A stretch of DNA of 64,000 bases from an uncultured delta proteobacterium. GTDB taxonomy: Bacteria > Desulfobacterota > Binatia > Bin18. Under the pieces are notes generated by a model. It was given only the letters and a program-made list of their open reading frames with translations, was not told the origin of the DNA and searched no databases. The translations under genes and the position numbers were made by a program. The stretch is from contig CAVTCR010000009.1 in NCBI GenBank assembly GCA_963733195.1, positions 1-64,000 on the forward strand, in the 5' to 3' direction. Below are positions 18,717 through 28,754 of this stretch, in pieces. The first letter of the stretch is position 1. Every line of letters begins with the position of its first letter.

Positions 18717-19826
18717 GTGTCACAGAAGCGTATACCCCCGTCGCTCACACAATTTCGTGAGCAAATCGATCGTCTCGATGCCCACATTCTCACCCTCGTG
18801 AATCGCCGCGCACGGTTGGCTGCTCACATTGGCCACGTCAAACGCCAGGAAGGCGCGAATACCTACGTTCCGAGTCGCGAGCGGCAGATCTTTGCTCGTT
18901 TGGCAGAGCTGAATCGTGGGCCATTACCCGATGAAGCCGTCCATGCTATCTATCGTGAGATTATTTCTGCTTCGCGTGCCTTAGAACAGAAGCTGCGAGT
19001 AGTCTACTTCGGACCAGAAGCTACCTATACGCATATGGCGGCCCGCGAGCAGTTCGGCTCACAGACAGTGTTTGTGCCGGTGTCTACGATTCCGCAAGTG
19101 TTTGCCGAAGTCGAACGCGGGGAGGTTGATTACGGTGTGGTACCCATCGAGAATTCGAGTGAAGGAGCCGTGGCTATCACACTCGATATGTTCATCGAGT
19201 CGCCGCTGAAGATTATTGCTGAACGATCACTCGAGATCCGCCATTGCCTGCTGAGCCGGAACACAAAGCTTGGACAGATCGAGCGAGTATTGGCGCATCC
19301 ACAGGCGTTGGCACAATGCCGACGCTGGCTAGCATCGCATCTTCCTGGTGTTCCGACTGAGGAAGTGGCGAGCAATGCACGCGCGGCGGAGTTGGCAGTC
19401 GGTAACGCACGAGTAGCTGCTATTGCTGGACGCCTGGCTGCTGAGCACTATAAGCTCAAAATTGTGGCGGAAAGCATTCAAGATCAGGCCGCGAACTTCA
19501 CGCGCTTCGCCGTGTTGAGTCGTGACACGCACCCCTCGCAACCAACCGGACATGATCGAACGTCGTTGTTGCTTTCTGTCCGTGACGAAGTCGGCGTCCT
19601 CTATCGTACGCTGCAGCCGTTCGCTGATCATGCGATTAGTCTCATGCGCATCGAATCACGCCCACTGAAGGGGCGACCGTGGGAGTATCTGTTCTTCATT
19701 GACGTCCAAGGACATGTGAGCGATGCTCCCCTTGCGCAGGCGTTACGGGCAATCGAGTCTCACTGTCCATTGGTGAAAGTGCTTGGATCATATGCGAGTG
19801 CTAATCATACTGCGCGATCGAGGTAG
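18717..19826 (+). CDS. pheA: Chorismate mutase/prephenate dehydratase
   Basis: N-terminal CM domain, VVPIENSSEG, TRF, IESRP ACT domain. Confidence 0.95.
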   Translation: MSQKRIPPSLTQFREQIDRLDAHILTLVNRRARLAAHIGHVKRQEGANTYVPSRERQIFARLAELNRGPLPDEAVHAIYREIISASRALEQKLRVVYFGPEATYTHMAAREQFGSQTVFVPVSTIPQVFAEVERGEVDYGVVPIENSSEGAVAITLDMFIESPLKIIAERSLEIRHCLLSRNTKLGQIERVLAHPQALAQCRRWLASHLPGVPTEEVASNARAAELAVGNARVAAIAGRLAAEHYKLKIVAESIQDQAANFTRFAVLSRDTHPSQPTGHDRTSLLLSVRDEVGVLYRTLQPFADHAISLMRIESRPLKGRPWEYLFFIDVQGHVSDAPLAQALRAIESHCPLVKVLGSYASANHTARSR

Positions 19827-19832
19827 CGACAT

Positions 19833-20930
19833 ATGGACATGAGTAAATACGTCCCGGAATGGATTCTTTCACTGACACCTTATCAGCCAGGGAAACCGAT
19901 CGAGGAACTTGAACGCGAGTACGGAGTGCATGACTCGATCAAGATTGCCTCGAACGAGAATCCACTTGGCCCATCGCCCAAAGCAGTGGCGGCAATCACT
20001 GCTGCTTTGCCCGATCTCCATCGCTATCCTGACGGTGATGCATTTTATCTCAAGCGTCGTCTCTCAGAAAAGTTAGCGATTGATCGATCACGTTTGATCA
20101 TCGGTAATGGCTCGAACGAGTTGATTGAGATGATCGTGCGCACGTTCCTGCGCGTGGGTGAATCTGTCGTGGTGGGCAAGCATGCATTTGCAATTTACCA
20201 CCTCTGCGTGCAGGCAGCGGGTGGGAAAACGATCGCAGTTCCTCACAAAGGCTTCAAATTCGACCTCGAAGCGATGGCGAAAGCGATTGAGCCGAGCACA
20301 CGGATCGTTTTTCTCGACAATCCCAATAACCCGACCGGAACGATTTATACACGTCAGGAATGGGAAGCGTTTCTACAAGCAGTATCACGTGATGTGCTGA
20401 TCGTCGTCGACGAAGCATATTTCGAGTTTGTCGATGATCCTGGATATCCAAACTCGATGCAGTATCAGAAGGGCGATCGCTTACTCATCTCACTGCGTAC
20501 ATTTTCAAAAATCTGCGGACTTGCTGGTGTTCGTGTTGGTTACGGCGTTTCTTCACCAGAAGTGATTGATGCACTGAACCGTATTCGGCAACCCTTTAAT
20601 GTGAACTCACTCGGTCAGATCGGGACGCTGGCAGCACTCGACGATAATGAACACATCAAACGGACGCAAGAGAACAATCGCCAAGGGATGGCCTACTTGC
20701 AACGTGAACTTGAGCGCTTGGGCCTGGAATATGCGCCAAGTTGGGCGAACTTCTTCCTGGTGAAAGTCGGTGCTGGAATGTACCAACGCTTATTGCCTGA
20801 AGGAGTGATCATCCGGCCGATGGAAGGATATGGTTTCCCTGGCTATGCCCGCGTGAGCATTGGAACACCAGCGGAGAATCAACGCTTCGTTGCGGCGATG
20901 GAGAAGATGTTAAAGAAACGTGAGACGTGA
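19833..20930 (+). CDS. hisC: Histidinol-phosphate aminotransferase
   Basis: YQPGKP, ASNENP, GNGSNE, NPNNPTG, RTFSK. Confidence 0.95.
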   Translation: MDMSKYVPEWILSLTPYQPGKPIEELEREYGVHDSIKIASNENPLGPSPKAVAAITAALPDLHRYPDGDAFYLKRRLSEKLAIDRSRLIIGNGSNELIEMIVRTFLRVGESVVVGKHAFAIYHLCVQAAGGKTIAVPHKGFKFDLEAMAKAIEPSTRIVFLDNPNNPTGTIYTRQEWEAFLQAVSRDVLIVVDEAYFEFVDDPGYPNSMQYQKGDRLLISLRTFSKICGLAGVRVGYGVSSPEVIDALNRIRQPFNVNSLGQIGTLAALDDNEHIKRTQENNRQGMAYLQRELERLGLEYAPSWANFFLVKVGAGMYQRLLPEGVIIRPMEGYGFPGYARVSIGTPAENQRFVAAMEKMLKKRET

Positions 20931-21025
20931 TGCGTAAACGTGAAGTCTCATGTGGGCCTCAGAGCATGCTCCACGTAACACGTATCACGGACCACGCATC
21001 ACGTGTTACGTATTGCGTGTTGCGT
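20916..21025. repeat. 7-mer tract with inverted arms (ACGTG / CACGT class)
   Basis: aaacgtg agacgtg atgcgta ... cacgtaa cacgtat cacggac cacgcat cacgtgt tacgtat; overlaps the hisC stop. Confidence 0.8.
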
Positions 21026-21060
21026 GGAATCATGATCGTTGCTTGGTGATCGAAGTACCC

Positions 21061-21936
21061 ATGTTATTCAACCGCCTTGTCATCGCTGGAGTCGGGCTTA
21101 TTGGTGGGTCACTTGGACTTGCGGCTCGCGAACGCGGGCTCGTGCGCGAAGTTGTCGGCTTTGGCCGTACCGAGGCGAATCTCAGAGTTGCGCTCGATCG
21201 TGGTCTCATTAGTTCGTATACCTTCGATCCGGCTGAGGCGGCGCGTGGAGCCGATCTCTTTTTACTCGCGGTTCCAGTGGAAGCCACTGAATCGACGATG
21301 GAGAAGTTTATTCCACATCTTCCACCAGGCTGCATTATTACGGACGCGGGCAGTACCAAAGAACAGGTTGTGAAGACGCTGGAGCACGTATTGCCACCGA
21401 CACTACTGTGTGTGGGCGCGCATCCGATTGCCGGAACCGAACATTCCGGTGCGGCCGCGGCATTTGCCACGCTGTTCGAGAAACGGTTGTGCATTCTTAC
21501 TCCGACCCCACGGACCGATCGTATGGCTTTAGCTCAGGTGCGCGCCTTGTGGGAAGGCGTTGGTATGCGGGTCGAAGAAATGGATATGCACACGCACGAT
21601 CAAGTTCTTGCTCGTGTGAGCCATCTGCCGCATCTGATTGCCTTTAGTGTGATGAATGCGGTGTTAGATACGCAGGTCGCAGATGTGGACCTTTTGCCTT
21701 ATGCTGGTGGCGCTTTCTCTGATCTGACCCGGGTGGCGGCGAGTCCAGTCGAAATGTGGCGTGACATTTGTACCTCTAATCGCGAAGCGTTGCTTGCCGC
21801 TATTACTGAATTTGAAACAGCGCTGTCTCGTATGAAGACAGCGGTTGAGAATGGCGACGGTGAAGCGCTTTCCACTGCTATTGATCGTGCCCGAGGTGAG
21901 CGGCAGAGATTAACCAAGCTGCGGGAGCAGAAGTAA
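21061..21936 (+). CDS. tyrA: Prephenate/arogenate dehydrogenase
   Basis: GVGLIGGS, DAGSTK, HPIAGTE, SHLPH, DLTRVA. Confidence 0.93.
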   Translation: MLFNRLVIAGVGLIGGSLGLAARERGLVREVVGFGRTEANLRVALDRGLISSYTFDPAEAARGADLFLLAVPVEATESTMEKFIPHLPPGCIITDAGSTKEQVVKTLEHVLPPTLLCVGAHPIAGTEHSGAAAAFATLFEKRLCILTPTPRTDRMALAQVRALWEGVGMRVEEMDMHTHDQVLARVSHLPHLIAFSVMNAVLDTQVADVDLLPYAGGAFSDLTRVAASPVEMWRDICTSNREALLAAITEFETALSRMKTAVENGDGEALSTAIDRARGERQRLTKLREQK

Positions 21937-21940
21937 GTAA

Positions 21941-22092
21941 CCAGTAGTTAGCATTCAGTAGTCAGTAGGAAAAAAGGATAAATAGTGAATTGAATGAGAG
22001 ACAGGGAAAAGTGGAGAGAGAGAACAATAGATGAAGGAACGCGAAAAGAACGCTCTGTTTGCTTTATCCGTTTATCCCTTTATCCTTGTTCT
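21941..22092. repeat. TCAGTAG 7-mer tract followed by an 8-mer (TTTATCC) inverted tract
   Basis: ccagtag ttagcat tcagtag tcagtag; ctttatcc gtttatcc ctttatcc. Confidence 0.7.
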
Positions 22093-22118
22093 ACCAGCCT
22101 CTAGTTTGGATCTAAATC

Positions 22119-23432
22119 GTGGAACGTGACACCATTCTGATACATCCTGCACTTTCTGGCGTGCGAGGCGAAATTACGCTCCCCGGCGATAAATCGATTA
22201 GTCATCGTGCGGTGATGTTTGCGGCAATTGCCCGAGGGGAGAGTCACATCGTCAATTGTTCTGGTGGCGGGGACAACCGCAGTACGATTGCGGCGTTTCG
22301 TTCGCTTGGAGTGGAGATCGATCAACAGAGGACAGAGATCCTGGTGAAAGGGAGAGGCTGGCAGGGGTTGCGTGCTGCTACAGTGACGATTGATTGTGGG
22401 AATTCCGGCACAACCATGCGTTTGCTGTCAGGGTTGTTAGCAGGATGCCCGTTCGATTCTCGTCTCGATGGTGATGCCTCGCTTCGTAGCCGACCGATGC
22501 AAAGAGTTATAGCGCCGCTCAAAGAAATGGGTGCGGAGATTATCAGCGAAGGTGGCGAAAATCGCGCCCCTTTACGTATTCATGGCAAGCCGCTGCAAGG
22601 GATCACCTACCGCAGTGCGATTGCCAGTGCGCAGGTGAAATCCGCCGTGCTGCTTGCAGGTTTATGCGCACAGGGAAAAACGACTGTGTGGGAACCGGTG
22701 CAGTCACGTGACCATACCGAACGTATGTTGCCTGCGTTTGGGGTCCCGATTCACGTCAATGGGACCGAAGTGTCGATTACGGGTGGGCACGAGTTACGTG
22801 CATGTGATGTGGAAGTGCCGGGTGATTTTTCTTCTGCCGCGTTTTTTCTTGTTGCTGCCTCGATCGTGCCAGGGTCAGAGCTTTACGTACGTGGAGTGGG
22901 GTTGAATCCAACACGGATCGGTGCCCTCGACGTATTGCAGGCGATGGGAGCGCGGATTGAAATTGAACATCTTCGCGAAGTGTGTGGTGAGCCGGTAGGA
23001 GATCTGTTTGTACGCTCCAGTACGTTACGTGGTATCGAACTCAACGGAGAGTTGGTCGTCCGGGCCATCGACGAAATTCCTACGCTTGCTATTGCTGCGG
23101 CTTTTGCCCGCGGAACAACGACCATTCGTGATGCACAAGAACTGCGAGTGAAGGAAAGTGATCGACTCAAGGCCCTTGCGACGACGCTCACTACCTTGGG
23201 AGCCCGAGTGACTGAGCTGCCTGATGGTTTGATCATTGAAGGAGGCCAGCAATTACACGGTGGACGAGTCAGCAGTTTCGGCGATCATCGTATTGCCATG
23301 GCGCTCACGATTGCTGGGCTAGCCGGGACTGGAGCGATAGTGCTAGAAGAAGGAGCGTCTGTGGCAATCTCGTTTCCTGGATTCTTCAGTTTGGTACGAG
23401 AGCTGACCACACCAGCAACTATTCAGCTATGA
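22119..23432 (+). CDS. aroA: EPSP synthase
   Basis: PGDKSISHR, GNSGTT, SAQVKS, RVKESDR, DHRIAM. Confidence 0.97.
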   Translation: MERDTILIHPALSGVRGEITLPGDKSISHRAVMFAAIARGESHIVNCSGGGDNRSTIAAFRSLGVEIDQQRTEILVKGRGWQGLRAATVTIDCGNSGTTMRLLSGLLAGCPFDSRLDGDASLRSRPMQRVIAPLKEMGAEIISEGGENRAPLRIHGKPLQGITYRSAIASAQVKSAVLLAGLCAQGKTTVWEPVQSRDHTERMLPAFGVPIHVNGTEVSITGGHELRACDVEVPGDFSSAAFFLVAASIVPGSELYVRGVGLNPTRIGALDVLQAMGARIEIEHLREVCGEPVGDLFVRSSTLRGIELNGELVVRAIDEIPTLAIAAAFARGTTTIRDAQELRVKESDRLKALATTLTTLGARVTELPDGLIIEGGQQLHGGRVSSFGDHRIAMALTIAGLAGTGAIVLEEGASVAISFPGFFSLVRELTTPATIQL

Positions 23433-24106
23433 AAGCAGGTCTGATTATTGCCGTGGATGGCCCCTCCGGTGCAGGGAAAAGCTCATCGAGTCGTGCCTTA
23501 GCTGAACGTCTTGGCTATCAGTACATCGACACTGGTGCGCTGTATCGTGTGATTGGCCTCCTGGCCTGGGAGCAGCAGACGAATCTAAACGATGCAAAAC
23601 GATTAGCCTCGCTCTGTGAGGATCTGCCGTTACGGTTCGTGTCCAGTGGAACTGGAGTGCGAGTACTGCTTGGTGAACGAGACATCACGGCGGCGATTCG
23701 TCAGCCGGAAGTCAGTCAGATGGCTTCGAAAGTCTCCGCGCAACCGGTTGTGCGGCAATGTCTTTTGACTTTGCAGCGAAATATGGGCAAGGGTGGTAGG
23801 GTTGTAATGGAAGGACGTGATATCGGGACGATCGTCTTCCCTGACGCGGATCTCAAGTTTTACCTTGATGCGTCAGCCGAGGAACGCGGACGTCGACGTT
23901 ATGCGGAGTTGCAGCAACAAGGGGTGCCAACGACTGTCGAGACCACTGTGCAGGAAATGGCGGAACGCGACCAACGGGACAGCAATCGAGAACACGCCCC
24001 GTTACGATGTGCCGACGATGCTATTGCAATTGATACGACGGGGCTCTCTTTAAACGAGGTAATAGACGCTATGCTCCGTCATGTCGAGAACGTTCGCAAG
24101 TGCTGA
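23429..24106 (+). CDS. cmk: Cytidylate kinase
   Basis: DGPSGAGKS, DTGALYR, EGRDIGT. Confidence 0.96.
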   Translation: MKAGLIIAVDGPSGAGKSSSSRALAERLGYQYIDTGALYRVIGLLAWEQQTNLNDAKRLASLCEDLPLRFVSSGTGVRVLLGERDITAAIRQPEVSQMASKVSAQPVVRQCLLTLQRNMGKGGRVVMEGRDIGTIVFPDADLKFYLDASAEERGRRRYAELQQQGVPTTVETTVQEMAERDQRDSNREHAPLRCADDAIAIDTTGLSLNEVIDAMLRHVENVRKC

Positions 24107-24207
24107 TATGGCAAGAGAAAAAACCCAACTACGCTCTTGCAACCTGGTGGGGAGGAGAGTATGGAAAGGCGAGCATCAGGGAGATTCCTAGGGGGTATAC
24201 GAGCAAC

Positions 24208-25965
24208 ATGGAACAAAACAGAGAAACACTCACCGAATCGAGGCCGCCCAAGGGAGGCGGCATGGGCGAAGATTTCGGGCAAATGTTTGAAGAGAGCCTG
24301 CAATCGGTAAAGCCTGGAGAACTCGTTCGCGGTCGAGTGGTTAAGATCGGACCGGAGTTTGTCACCGTTGATATTGGTTACAAATCAGAGGGGCATATTC
24401 CTGTTTCTGAATTTCGTTTACGCGACGGTCGGATCGCCGTTCAAGAAGGAGAAGAGATTGAGGTCTTCTTCGACGCGGCAGACGCAGAACAAGAAGGTAT
24501 TGTCCTCTCTCGAGCCAAGGCGGAACAGCATCGTATCTGGCACGACATCGAAGAGGCATATAACACGAAGACCCCCATCGACGGAGCAATCGTTGGCAAG
24601 GTGAAAGGTGGCCTTAAGGTTGATATCGGCGTGCTTGCTTTTCTTCCGGGCTCTCATGTGGACATTCGCCCGGTTCGTGATCTGGATCGGTTTGTCGGTA
24701 AAAAAGGCAAGTTTGCAGTCCTCAAGTTCAACCGTGCCCGTGCGAATGTGGTCGTCTCCCGCCGCGCAGTATTGGAGCTTGAGCGCGCGAGCCTGCGTGA
24801 TGAAACCCTAAAGATCCTCGAAGAAGGGGTGATCATCGAGGGAACAGTCAAGAACATCACAGACTACGGCGCGTTCGTCGATCTGGGTGGGATCGATGGT
24901 CTCTTACATGTTACAGACATGTCATGGGGACGTATTGGTCACCCCTCGGAAGTGATTTCCGCTGGGGAGAAAATTCAGGTAGTTGTTCTTAAATACGACA
25001 GCGAACGTCAGCGCGTATCGCTCGGTATGAAACAACTTGTGCCTGACCCGTGGAGTACTGTCACAGAACGTTACGCTGTCGAGAGCCATGTCCAGGGAAA
25101 AGTGGTCAGCCTGGCAGACTACGGCGCATTTGTCGAATTGGAAAAGGGTGTTGAAGGGCTGCTCCATGTCTCAGAATTGTCTTGGACGAAGCGGATTACT
25201 CATCCCTCGAAGCTCCTGACAGTTGGACAAGATATTGAGGTGGTGGTCTTAGAGGTCAGCCCTGAACATCGACGCATCTCACTTGGACTCAAGCAAGTTG
25301 GTCCCAATCCATGGGAGCAGGTCCGTGCAAATCATCCAGTTGGCACGCGTATTCACGGGAAGATTAAGAGTATCACCGACTTCGGTGTTTTCGTCGAGAT
25401 TGAAGAGGGTATTGACGGCCTCGTGCACATCTCTGATCTTCACTGGACCAAAAAAGTGAAGCATCCCTCTGAACTGTACAAAAAGGGCGATGAAGTTGAT
25501 GCCGTCGTGCTTGGCGTCGATGTCGAAAACGAACGGGTCTCGCTCGGCATCAAGCAAGTTGTTTCTGATCCGTGGCTAACATTGACGCAGCGTCACCCGG
25601 TCGGGAGTCGCATCAAAGGGAAAGTGACCAGTGTGACTGATTTCGGTGTCTTTGTTGAGATCGAAGAAGGTATTGAAGGACTCGTCCATATTTCTCAACT
25701 CTCCACCGAGCGAGTTGAGAAACCGTCAGCGCTCTTTCAGGTAGGGAAAGAAGTCGAAGCCGAGGTCATTCATATTGACCCGCGTGAGCATAAGATGGGG
25801 CTCAGCATCAAGGCCTTACGGCGGAGCGAAGAACGGGCAGAGATGGAAGCGTACCTGAAACGTGAACGAGAAGAAGCACGTTTCTCCTTTGAAGATATTT
25901 TGCGCGAAGAACTCCGCCTTGATAAAGAAGAAGGAGATGATAGGGGAGGGAGACGTCGAGGATAA
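24208..25965 (+). CDS. rpsA: 30S ribosomal protein S1
   Basis: Six S1 repeats (YGAFVDLGGIDGLLH, FGVFVEIEEGIDGLVH); follows cmk. Confidence 0.97.
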   Translation: MEQNRETLTESRPPKGGGMGEDFGQMFEESLQSVKPGELVRGRVVKIGPEFVTVDIGYKSEGHIPVSEFRLRDGRIAVQEGEEIEVFFDAADAEQEGIVLSRAKAEQHRIWHDIEEAYNTKTPIDGAIVGKVKGGLKVDIGVLAFLPGSHVDIRPVRDLDRFVGKKGKFAVLKFNRARANVVVSRRAVLELERASLRDETLKILEEGVIIEGTVKNITDYGAFVDLGGIDGLLHVTDMSWGRIGHPSEVISAGEKIQVVVLKYDSERQRVSLGMKQLVPDPWSTVTERYAVESHVQGKVVSLADYGAFVELEKGVEGLLHVSELSWTKRITHPSKLLTVGQDIEVVVLEVSPEHRRISLGLKQVGPNPWEQVRANHPVGTRIHGKIKSITDFGVFVEIEEGIDGLVHISDLHWTKKVKHPSELYKKGDEVDAVVLGVDVENERVSLGIKQVVSDPWLTLTQRHPVGSRIKGKVTSVTDFGVFVEIEEGIEGLVHISQLSTERVEKPSALFQVGKEVEAEVIHIDPREHKMGLSIKALRRSEERAEMEAYLKREREEARFSFEDILREELRLDKEEGDDRGGRRRG

Positions 25966-26160
25966 GGGATCATAAACCTCTCATGTTGTGGAAGATGGCA
26001 GAGCAGTTCCTTCAGTGTGAAACGTTCGAGTGTATGGTTCTGCTATGAGTTTCTTCTTTATCTGTGAAAATACCCAATGAAAGAGACGGTCCAATAGAAT
26101 CCGAGGGGATTGAACCCTTGTATCTTAGTCTCCGACTTTTATGAGGAAGGAAGTGGAGTA

Positions 26161-26535
26161 GTGACTAAGCGGGATTTGATCGAAGAAGTCGCACAACAGT
26201 ACCCTCGATTCTCCAGACGAGATGCCGAGGTGATGGTAAATGCAGTCTTTGACAGCATGACTGAGGCCTTGGCCAAAGGCGAGCGCATTGAGATTCGCGG
26301 CTTTGGCAGCTTCATGGTGAAACAACGTGAGGCTCGTGAGGGGCGCAATCCGCGTACTGGGGCCCTCGTGTCGGTTGCTGCGAAAAAGGTACCGCTGTTC
26401 AAAGTGGGCAAAGAGTTGCGCTTGCGGGTTGATGGGCAACCAGTCGCCGAGGCCGATCTTGCTGGGGATGACAATCTTGAAGACGATGACAATGATCTCG
26501 ACGACGACGATAATGACGCAGAGAACGACGAATGA
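26161..26535 (+). CDS. ihfB: Integration host factor beta subunit with acidic tail
   Basis: MTKRDLIE, RIEIRGFGSF, GRNPRTG, FKVGKELR; follows rpsA. Confidence 0.9.
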   Translation: MTKRDLIEEVAQQYPRFSRRDAEVMVNAVFDSMTEALAKGERIEIRGFGSFMVKQREAREGRNPRTGALVSVAAKKVPLFKVGKELRLRVDGQPVAEADLAGDDNLEDDDNDLDDDDNDAENDE

Positions 26536-27086
26536 GCGGTCGTGATCCTCAGTACCCAGGTGGCGCAGAAGATGGAACGGCGGTACTCTGGGCACCCTGG
26601 CGCATGCGTTATATCGAGGAGAAAAAGCCCCAGAGGTGTATTTTCTGCGTGCCGTCAGCAGAAGAGTCATTGAAGGATAATCTGATCTTGCGCGTGACGT
26701 CGCACTCCCGCGTCATGCTCAATAAGTATCCCTACAACAATGGTCACCTTATGGTTGCACCGCATCGTCATACTGCGGACCTGGCAGAGCTTCCTGACCA
26801 GGAGTTTGCTGATTTGATGTATGAAGTTCGCAATGCTGTGGGAGTTCTGAAAGCTGCACTGCAACCGCAAGGGGTCAATGTGGGCCTCAATCTCGGCGTA
26901 TGTGCGGGAGCCGGCGTTGCTGACCATCTTCACTGGCACGTGGTACCACGGTGGGTTGGCGATACCAATTTCATGCCAGTGATTGGTACGGTGCGTGTTA
27001 TGCCACAGCATCTATTTGAGAGTTACGATCGACTACGCCCCTATTTTCTCTCCTCATCGTCTGCTGTGGGGAGAAGTTCTAACTAA
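26532..27086 (+). CDS. HIT family protein (Ap4A phosphorylase-like)
   Basis: LWAPWR, CIFC, NKYPYNNGHLM, HLHWHVVPRW.GD.NF. Confidence 0.92.
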   Translation: MSGRDPQYPGGAEDGTAVLWAPWRMRYIEEKKPQRCIFCVPSAEESLKDNLILRVTSHSRVMLNKYPYNNGHLMVAPHRHTADLAELPDQEFADLMYEVRNAVGVLKAALQPQGVNVGLNLGVCAGAGVADHLHWHVVPRWVGDTNFMPVIGTVRVMPQHLFESYDRLRPYFLSSSSAVGRSSN

Positions 27087-27088
27087 AG

Positions 27089-28522
27089 GTGAGTTTTCCC
27101 GTGCAACACAACACTGAAACACTACATCGTGAGGCAAAAACCGTTGGAGATTTAAAAAAGGCAGGCTATCGTGTTCTTCCGGTCCGCGAAGAGATGCGCG
27201 CCAACTTGATTCGACGGCTTGCTGCTGGTGAAGGTATTCTCCCAGGTATCGTCGGCTACGATGATACTGTTATCCCCGATATCGAGAATGCAATTCTTGC
27301 TGGTCATCATATAGTGTTCCTTGGTGAACGCGGCCAAGCCAAGTCGCGGATCATTCGTGGGCTGGTGTCTTTGCTTAATGAGTACGTCCCGATTATCCGT
27401 GAGGCTGAAATTCCCGAAGATCCCTTTGTGCCGATTACCCCTGTAGGTCGTCGCCTTGCTGCCGAACGGGGTGATAATTTGGAAATCCGTTGGCTTCATC
27501 GTGACGAACGTTACGCAGAGAAACTTGCCACGCCAGATGTGGCGGTCGCCGATTTGATCGGTGAAGTTGATCCGATTAAAGTGGCTGAAGGTCGTCATCT
27601 CGCTGACGAAGAGACGATTCATTATGGACTGATTCCTCGGACCAATCGTGGGATCTTTGCTGTTAATGAGCTGCCAGATCTCACAGAAAAAGTGCAGGTT
27701 GGTCTCTTCAACTTGATGGAAGAGAAAGACGTCCAGATCAAAGGATTCAAGATTCGTCTACCTCTCGACATTGTCATCGTCGCGAGTGCCAATCCAGAAG
27801 ATTACACTAGCCGTGGACGTATCATTACGCCGTTGAAGGACCGGTTTGACGTCCAAATTCGCACCCATTATCCGCGTTCGCTTGAGCATGAGATTTCCAT
27901 TATGGAGCAAGAAGCGACCGCCTTCCCGCGGGAAGACAATGTCATTCATGTTCCGCAGTTCATGAAGGAAATCATCGCCCAGATCACTATGGAGGCACGG
28001 GCGTCAAACGAGATCAATCAGTCGTCGGGTGTGAGTGTGCGGGTGTCGATTAATAATTTGGAAAGCGTACTCAGTAATGCTGAGAAACGTGCAATTCGAT
28101 TGGGCGAGAAAGAGATCGTACCACGGATGAGCGATCTTCATGCGCTCTTTGCGTCAACATCGGGCAAAATCGAACTCGAGTATTCAGGGGAAGACAAACG
28201 CGAAGATGATCTGGTCGATCGCCTTGTCAACCGCGCAGTGCTCAAGGTTTTTGATCGCTATTTTCAACTCGATGCGCTCAAGACAACCATCGCCTATTTC
28301 AGTGAAGGCGGGGGAATCAAAGTGTCCGATTCGATGGCCTCGGCTGCCTACCTTGAAGAGCAGCAAAAAGTTCCTGGCCTGAAAGAAGGACTTGCAGCGC
28401 TCGGTGTTGGCAGTAAACCTCCACGGATTGCCTCAGCCTGCGAGTTTATCCTCGAGGGGCTGCACCTCCATCAGAAGCTCAATAAAGAGCGAGAAGGTGG
28501 GCGGTATACCTACCGTTCGTAA
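27089..28522 (+). CDS. Mg-chelatase ChlI-like AAA+ ATPase
   Basis: GERGQAKS, DLIGEVDP, NRGIFAVNELPDL, ASANPEDYT. Confidence 0.85.
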   Translation: MSFPVQHNTETLHREAKTVGDLKKAGYRVLPVREEMRANLIRRLAAGEGILPGIVGYDDTVIPDIENAILAGHHIVFLGERGQAKSRIIRGLVSLLNEYVPIIREAEIPEDPFVPITPVGRRLAAERGDNLEIRWLHRDERYAEKLATPDVAVADLIGEVDPIKVAEGRHLADEETIHYGLIPRTNRGIFAVNELPDLTEKVQVGLFNLMEEKDVQIKGFKIRLPLDIVIVASANPEDYTSRGRIITPLKDRFDVQIRTHYPRSLEHEISIMEQEATAFPREDNVIHVPQFMKEIIAQITMEARASNEINQSSGVSVRVSINNLESVLSNAEKRAIRLGEKEIVPRMSDLHALFASTSGKIELEYSGEDKREDDLVDRLVNRAVLKVFDRYFQLDALKTTIAYFSEGGGIKVSDSMASAAYLEEQQKVPGLKEGLAALGVGSKPPRIASACEFILEGLHLHQKLNKEREGGRYTYRS

Positions 28523-28532
28523 ATTCTCGCAC

Positions 28533-28662
28533 CTGATGAGTTTTGACGACCAAGTTCGGGAATGCGTAGGTAGAACAGGCTTCCAGCCTGTTTCTGTGGA
28601 CAGGCAAGATGCCTGTCCCACCAAGCTATGGCTTGCCGGTTTTGATCGTCAAATTTCATCAG
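28533..28662. repeat. MITE/REPIN-like element: 21-bp outer inverted repeats enclosing a REP doublet
   Basis: ctgatgagttttgacgaccaa / ttgatcgtcaaatttcatcag (18/21 complementary) around ggtagaacaggcttccagcctgtt and gacaggcaagatgcctgtcccacc. Confidence 0.7.
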
Positions 28663-28681
28663 AGACAGAATAGACAGCATC

Positions 28682-28725
28682 ACGCCTTTCTCCTCGACGC
28701 AGAAACGAAGGGAAAGGCGTTTTCT
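28682..28725 (+). terminator. Possible intrinsic terminator hairpin
   Basis: acgcctttc...gaaaggcgt followed by tttctctt. Confidence 0.4.
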
Positions 28726-28754
28726 CTTCTGGGGTTTCTGCTAAGGTCGGTAAT

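Noticed and set aside
26100-26140. GGTTCAATCCC on the minus strand resembling a tRNA T-arm
   Set aside because: No acceptor stem, anticodon arm or CCA could be folded
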